Virus record (IMG/VR): IMGVR_UViG_3300045988_144994
DNA length: 55,971 nucleotides
Source: a virus
Direction: 5' to 3' (one strand)
The notes below the pieces were generated by a model that made no database searches, was not told the DNA's origin, and saw nothing but the letters and a program-made list of their open reading frames with translations. Below, piece by piece: positions 51,903-55,971 of the stretch; positions within the stretch are counted from its first letter, which is position 1, and each line of letters begins with the position of its first letter. Made by a program: the position numbers and the translations under genes.

Positions 51903-52305
51903 GTTCTACATCCTCCCTTTTGTCGATAATCTCGATGTCGATTTTGGGGATTAAGTCTTTCCCGTCCTTACCGGTTATCTCTGTTGTATTTGGAATCTTT
52001 CCAAATATGCGTTCTGTGATGTCGTTTAAGGTTTTGACCTCTCCACGTCCGGAATCTTTATACAATGCCCGGCACACGTTTACAATCCAAATCGGCGTGT
52101 TTTCATCTTCTGCGATGCTGTTTATCTCTTTCTTGGTGCATTGCATCAGATAGGCAATAACATCTTTATATTCCTCGTGGGATATGTTGTATTTCTTCTT
52201 GGCAATGGTGTATAGTTTGGGCTTCCTGCCTCGGTTGGCGGGTTGGTTTTTTGATGAAAATTGATGTTTTTTTCCTAATATAGCTATATCTTTTCTGCCT
52301 GACAT
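51883..52305 (-). CDS. terS: Terminase small subunit candidate
   Basis: 140 aa with a basic N-terminus (NQPANRGRKPK). It lies immediately upstream of and overlaps terL. Confidence 0.55.
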   Translation of the reverse strand: MSGRKDIAILGKKHQFSSKNQPANRGRKPKLYTIAKKKYNISHEEYKDVIAYLMQCTKKEINSIAEDENTPIWIVNVCRALYKDSGRGEVKTLNDITERIFGKIPNTTEITGKDGKDLIPKIDIEIIDKREDVEHEDTDY

Positions 52306-52306
52306 T

Positions 52307-52555
52307 TCAACCGTTTTTCAACCGTTTTCTATACATTATTTCGGGATTTGATAAAACTCCGTCAACAATAATCTTCCCTTCGTCTTTCGCTTTGATTTCA
52401 CTCTTTAACTCTTCAAGTTCTTGCGGTGTAAGGTCATCAATTGTAAGGCTAAATGCTTTAAGTTCTTGTTTTATTTTTTCTTCCATATATTCTTTGATTT
52501 TAGATAAATGCAAATTTAAGAAATTATCCCTTTTTGTGAGAATATTTCCAACCAT
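52307..52555 (-). CDS. Hypothetical small coiled-coil protein
   Basis: 82-aa ORF. Confidence 0.5.
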   Translation of the reverse strand: MVGNILTKRDNFLNLHLSKIKEYMEEKIKQELKAFSLTIDDLTPQELEELKSEIKAKDEGKIIVDGVLSNPEIMYRKRLKNG

Positions 52556-53102
52556 ACTTTTTTGATAACTTTTCCATTACCCGGTTAAAGTGCGTCACTT
52601 CTACTCTTGCAATTGCACTTTCACTCCAATTTTGCTTGTTGAGATACGATTTCATTTCCCTAAATACTGCATCATTGGCTCTCTCATAATCACCACCTAT
52701 AGTTTTGTATGAAGCTCCCCAACCGCCTTTAGGTCTTTTCACAGAAAATGTATATGTGGGGGTAACTGCTCTAATTTCTTTCACATTAGCGGAAACGGCT
52801 AACATTATATCTTCTCGACTAAAAGAGTTTCCTATTGCACGAATGCCTTTTGCACCTAATGACCTTGGGTGATTGTGCGTAAGTATCGCATCTTTCATAT
52901 TTTTCAACTCACCTCTTGAAAACTCAACTTTATATTGCTTCCCCATTTTAGCTAATAAAGTTTCCCCATTGTCGTTCACTACAAACGCACTTTCATAATT
53001 GTTGTTTCGAATTTGGGCTTCGTGTACTTGTAGAGCTTTTTGCACCTTGCTTTGTCCATTACTGTTATTTCCACCTCTGACACCGCCCGATGTTTTAGCC
53101 AT
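52524..53102 (-). CDS. Protein with a JAB/MPN (RadC-like) metal-binding motif
   Basis: ILTHNHPRS...NSFSREDI resembles HxH...SxxD with a longer spacer than in RadC. 192 aa. Confidence 0.4.
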   Translation of the reverse strand: MAKTSGGVRGGNNSNGQSKVQKALQVHEAQIRNNNYESAFVVNDNGETLLAKMGKQYKVEFSRGELKNMKDAILTHNHPRSLGAKGIRAIGNSFSREDIMLAVSANVKEIRAVTPTYTFSVKRPKGGWGASYKTIGGDYERANDAVFREMKSYLNKQNWSESAIARVEVTHFNRVMEKLSKKYGWKYSHKKG

Positions 53103-54198
53103 TTTTACCTCCTTTATTTACTCTGTTAGCCATAAATTGCTCCACATAAATCACATTATTCTGTATGCAAAGCTCCTTTATCTTTTCTCCTCCGCCGTAA
53201 ACCATCATATTCGGTATTTCTTTCCCTGATATTTCACGAGCGATTTGGATTTCCTCTTTCAAATATTCTTGACGGTCGGCGTATCCTCTTGTAAAGAATG
53301 CGTTATATCCGTCCGGGATGCCGAGGCGGTTGTACTTCTGAAATTTCCTCGATACGTTCAGGTCGACATAAATATTGGCTCCGCATTCTTGCCAATAGCG
53401 GGCAATCCACCTCTTTTTATAGATTTGATGCAACCCATATGCGATAGGGGTAGTATCAAATAATGATAGGTTAGGCTCCACCAAATCTGTGCATCCGCTA
53501 TTTAATACTTCGTTCGGATTCTTCCATATAGCCTCAAACCGATAATCTTCCACATAAAAATGATAGGTGGATATGCCTTTCTTCGCTCTTTTATCACTTC
53601 CCCATCCAGAGAAAGGCAAAAGAAGACCGCTTGTAGGTTGCCCGCCAAGCTTTAATGTCGGTATCTCAAATTCATTGTTGCTGTCATAAATACGGTCACC
53701 CAACATCATTGCGTAGTAGTCGGCATTCTCTTCCTCTTCCTCTTCCTCTTCTTGTTTTCCTTTTGGTTCCTTGCTTTTCTTCTCTGGCTCTTGCCATACA
53801 TCAAAGCCCCAATCGTCCAACTCTTCGCTATCCCATTCGTTGGCGATAATGTTCCAATCTGTTTCACCGAATGAGTTATTATCCTGTATGACTATTGCGC
53901 GGAGTTTCTCCTTTGGCATATTCTCCGGTAAGATACATACAGGCACTTTCTTCCATCCTAATTCAACGTAAGCGTTCAGGCGCATATTGCCACCTAAAGC
54001 AATGTATTTCCCATCAAGAGGATATACAATGATTTCACGAGCTTCTGTCAGTTCGGGGAGTGACTGAATGGATTTGCACAGCTTTATGAATTTCTCCTTG
54101 TTTATGAGGCGTGGATTTTGAGGTACACCATTAATCTGCCCCTCGTTGGGAAGGACTAACGAAATATCAATCTTATCATGACAAACTTTTGCTTTCAT
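53095..54198 (-). CDS. ParB-like nuclease domain protein with a DUF4417-like C-terminal domain
   Basis: The N-terminus NPRLINKEKF...IVYPLDGKYIALGGNMRLNA is ParB N-domain-like. An acidic E-run linker follows. The C-terminus YHFYVEDYRFEAIWKNP is recalled as DUF4417. Confidence 0.65.
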   Translation of the reverse strand: MKAKVCHDKIDISLVLPNEGQINGVPQNPRLINKEKFIKLCKSIQSLPELTEAREIIVYPLDGKYIALGGNMRLNAYVELGWKKVPVCILPENMPKEKLRAIVIQDNNSFGETDWNIIANEWDSEELDDWGFDVWQEPEKKSKEPKGKQEEEEEEEENADYYAMMLGDRIYDSNNEFEIPTLKLGGQPTSGLLLPFSGWGSDKRAKKGISTYHFYVEDYRFEAIWKNPNEVLNSGCTDLVEPNLSLFDTTPIAYGLHQIYKKRWIARYWQECGANIYVDLNVSRKFQKYNRLGIPDGYNAFFTRGYADRQEYLKEEIQIAREISGKEIPNMMVYGGGEKIKELCIQNNVIYVEQFMANRVNKGGKNG

Positions 54199-54241
54199 GC
54201 CCGCCGTTCAAATTAATGTGTGTTGCTACATAACAACAAAA

Positions 54242-54249
54242 CAAAAATA
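54242..54249 (-). promoter_or_regulatory. -7 box TAttTTTG on the minus strand; late-operon promoter candidate
   Basis: Plus-strand caaaaata is the reverse complement of TATTTTTG, about 45 nt upstream of the ParB ATG. Confidence 0.3.
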
Positions 54250-54341
54250 GCGATTATTTATAATAAATCCAAATAACGCATTTCATGGAAAACATTTTGA
54301 AAAAAGTATTGCATAATTCAAAACAATGTCTTATCTTTGTA

Positions 54342-54355
54342 TCGAAGAAAATGAA
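54342..54355 (+). promoter_or_regulatory. -7 box TAtcTTTG extended as tatctttgtatcga
   Basis: It shares the TTTGTATCGAA extension with 55422-55434 and lies about 30 nt upstream of ATG 54382. Confidence 0.4.
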
Positions 54356-54381
54356 TAAATAATAATTTAAAATTTAAAAAT

Positions 54382-54812
54382 ATGAAAACTTTAGAACAAA
54401 TTAAGGACATCTGTAGAAGAGAAAACAATTTTGGTATGAATATAGAACAATGCAAAATCTTCGACAAATACACAGATATGTTGTACGAAGCGTGGGAAAC
54501 GTGGAGCGACGATGTAACAAAGGAATTTTGGGAAAGCGACGAAAAGCCGGATGAACCTACCGATTCTTTTAAAAAGACTTTTTTAATAATTTCTGTTTTG
54601 AAGAAGAATTCTAATATAGAGAGGCTAAAAGTATTAAATACGATGTAATCGAGGGCATCAATTTTACGAAAGAAGAATACGAAGAAAAGACTGTCGGCAA
54701 AGGTTATGCAACTTTCGTCGAGTTTGTTGATAGAATCGTCGAAGATACTATCGAAAATGGAAGTATTGAAGACGCTGTTTTTATAGCAAACGATGCTTAC
54801 GACAAATTGTAA
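54382..54812 (+). pseudogene. Hypothetical gene apparently split by frame changes
   Basis: The frame from ATG 54382 degenerates after ...EPTDSFKK. A protein-like frame without a start (REAKSIKYDVIEGINFTKEEYEEKTVGKGYATFVEFVDRIVEDTIENGSIEDAVFIANDAYDKL*) runs from 54615 to 54812. The junction is A/T homopolymer-rich. Confidence 0.4.
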
Positions 54813-54824
54813 AAAAAAGAAGTA

Positions 54825-55034
54825 ATGGAAGAAAAGAAGCAACGTGGCGGAGCCAGACCAGGGGCAGGGAGAAAGAAAGGGAAGACGATGCTACCGATAA
54901 GTTTTCGCATAGAAGAAAATATATTGCAAAAACTTAAGGATGTAGGTAATAAAAATAGATTCGTAAACATCGCCATCCGGGAAAAGCTGGAGCAAATGGA
55001 GACCTTTACAAAAGAGGGGGACGAAGTAGAATAG
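54825..55034 (+). CDS. Small DNA-binding protein (RHH-like) with an N-terminal GGARPGAGRKKG motif
   Basis: 69-aa ORF. A basic Gly-rich N-terminus is followed by LPISFRIEENILQKLKD, which is RHH strand-helix-like. Confidence 0.55.
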   Translation: MEEKKQRGGARPGAGRKKGKTMLPISFRIEENILQKLKDVGNKNRFVNIAIREKLEQMETFTKEGDEVE

Positions 55035-55049
55035 CGAGGTTAAGCCCAG

Positions 55050-55295
55050 CTATTCTACTTTTAAAGTTACAGATTTCCCGCAGTGCGGACAGGTAATACG
55101 GACACTACTACTTTCTTTCTCTTTAAATAACTCAGAAACCGGGACATCTAAAGCCTTAGCTATTTCGCATAACTTTTGTAATGTAAGATTCCGGTTTAGC
55201 AGCATAGATAAACCAGGCTGTGTTATTCCCATCCGTTTGGCTAACACCTGCATGGTTATTCCTTTCTCCTTTGCAATCTCTTTTACTCTTAGCAT
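55050..55295 (-). CDS. XRE-family HTH regulator with a C-terminal zinc ribbon
   Basis: Start set at MLRVKEIAKEKGITMQVLAKRMGITQPGLSMLLN (HTH). The C-terminus reads CPHCGKSV. Confidence 0.8.
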   Translation of the reverse strand: MLRVKEIAKEKGITMQVLAKRMGITQPGLSMLLNRNLTLQKLCEIAKALDVPVSELFKEKESSSVRITCPHCGKSVTLKVE

Positions 55296-55421
55296 ATATG
55301 TTATATTTAATATTATCGACAAAGATAGATAAATAATGTATATATGGAAAGAATTTCATATTTTTCAGCATATAAGTGAAAAATATTTTTGTTTTTTCTT
55401 GTATAATATTAATATATATGT

Positions 55422-55434
55422 TATATTTGTATCG
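55422..55434 (+). promoter_or_regulatory. -7 box TAtaTTTG extended as tatatttgtatcg
   Basis: Identical 13-mer to 3154-3166, about 40 nt upstream of ATG 55470. Confidence 0.4.
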
Positions 55435-55469
55435 AAATAATAACACATGATTTAAATAAAAATAAGGCT

Positions 55470-55835
55470 ATGAAAATTTATAACTACAAAACAGGTAAGG
55501 CAGTTTTCGTAAACAACGAAAAAATAGAAATTAGTAATAAGGTTGCTGAAATTTTGGAAAACTACACCATGTTCCCAGGGAACATGTATCAGGACTTAGG
55601 CATTGACAAACGGGCGTTTGTCCAGGATAAGGATGAAGACCTACTAAAAATGGCAGAAGCTACCGAAGTGGAAAATTTCGAAAGTAATGGCGAAAATAAC
55701 TTCAATGTCACCTTTATGCTCTATAAAGGGGTTGTATTTGGAGTTTACGGTGAATATGAGGGACAGGATGCAAACTGTCTTAAACAGTTTGATCTGAATC
55801 AAGTTTATAATGAATTTAAAAACCTAAAAAAATGA
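55470..55835 (+). CDS. Hypothetical protein
   Basis: 121-aa ORF divergent from the XRE gene. Confidence 0.6.
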   Translation: MKIYNYKTGKAVFVNNEKIEISNKVAEILENYTMFPGNMYQDLGIDKRAFVQDKDEDLLKMAEATEVENFESNGENNFNVTFMLYKGVVFGVYGEYEGQDANCLKQFDLNQVYNEFKNLKK

Positions 55836-55916
55836 TGAATTTAAAAGCAATCTGCGCTTGCGACAACCAAACGGTATCGTTGTGTTTCAATTCTACCTAG
55901 TCCCATTAAAAGAATA

Positions 55917-55971
55917 TAAGTTTTTGAGGGATAGACGTAAGTTTTTGAGGGATAGACGTAAGTTTTTGAGG
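55917..55971. repeat. 21-bp tandem repeat array; right copy of the 55-bp terminal duplication
   Basis: Identical to 1-55. Confidence 0.95.

Noticed and set aside
54564-54615. Stop-codon reassignment (alternative genetic code) suggested by an in-frame TAA
   Set aside because: All other genes give long uninterrupted ORFs under the standard bacterial code, and no suppressor-type tRNA is present. Homopolymer indels explain this locus better.
54318-54842. The 174-aa minus-strand ORF
   Set aside because: Its sequence is low-complexity and Phe/Ile/Ser-rich. It is antisense to protein-like plus-strand frames and to a plus-strand promoter.
55832-55900. The 22-codon Cys-rich micro-ORF (MMNLKAICACDNQTVSLCFNST) overlapping the stop of 55470-55835
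   Set aside because: There is no independent support. Its length is within chance expectation in AT-rich sequence.

Overview
The window reads as a complete temperate siphovirus-type phage genome from a Bacteroidota-like host. Supporting points are AT-rich sequence, TAnnTTTG -7 boxes and no obvious Shine-Dalgarno sites. Bases 1-55 are identical to 55917-55971, and that segment is 2.6 copies of a 21-bp tandem unit. The molecule is therefore probably circular or terminally redundant, with about 55,916 bp of unique sequence. Layout: (i) Lysogeny module, 101-3038: tyrosine integrase, an attP that carries the 3' half of a tRNA-Leu(UAA) flanked by TTTCTACTGG arm repeats, and a CI-like repressor. (ii) Rightward early operon, 3256-23048, plus strand: tRNA-Thr, RecT with a PD-(D/E)XK nuclease, NinG, SNF2 helicase, Rha and Ant regulators, MazG, HNH, a DUF4373-like replication organiser, DnaB, a C5-MTase-like ORF, a PAPS-reductase-family protein and an MmcB-like nuclease. 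(iii) An IS200/IS605-family element with divergent tnpA and tnpB (about 23049-24775) at the early/late junction. (iv) Leftward late operon, 54198 down to 29937, minus strand: ParB-DUF4417, a JAB-like protein, TerS, TerL, portal, minor head protein, scaffold, major capsid, head-tail genes, major tail, G/GT chaperone with a T9 slippery run, tape measure, Dit, a 1956-aa Tal/fibre with collagen-like repeats, endolysin, holin and u-spanin. (v) Two minus-strand cargo clusters of unknown function, 29843-28370 and 28123-25199. (vi) A right-end regulatory region with RHH and XRE genes. The most unusual signal is non-coding. Three early-gene leaders share an architecture in which a copy of the downstream start region, then its reverse complement, then the real start occur in order; two of these loci show concerted sequence change. 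A fourth site with the same logic surrounds a strong terminator just upstream of the scaffold gene. There are also two oversized (123-128 nt) tRNA-like elements. Several genes look broken at A/T homopolymers, which may reflect sequence-quality problems. All functional calls rest on motifs read by eye and on synteny. No database search was run.
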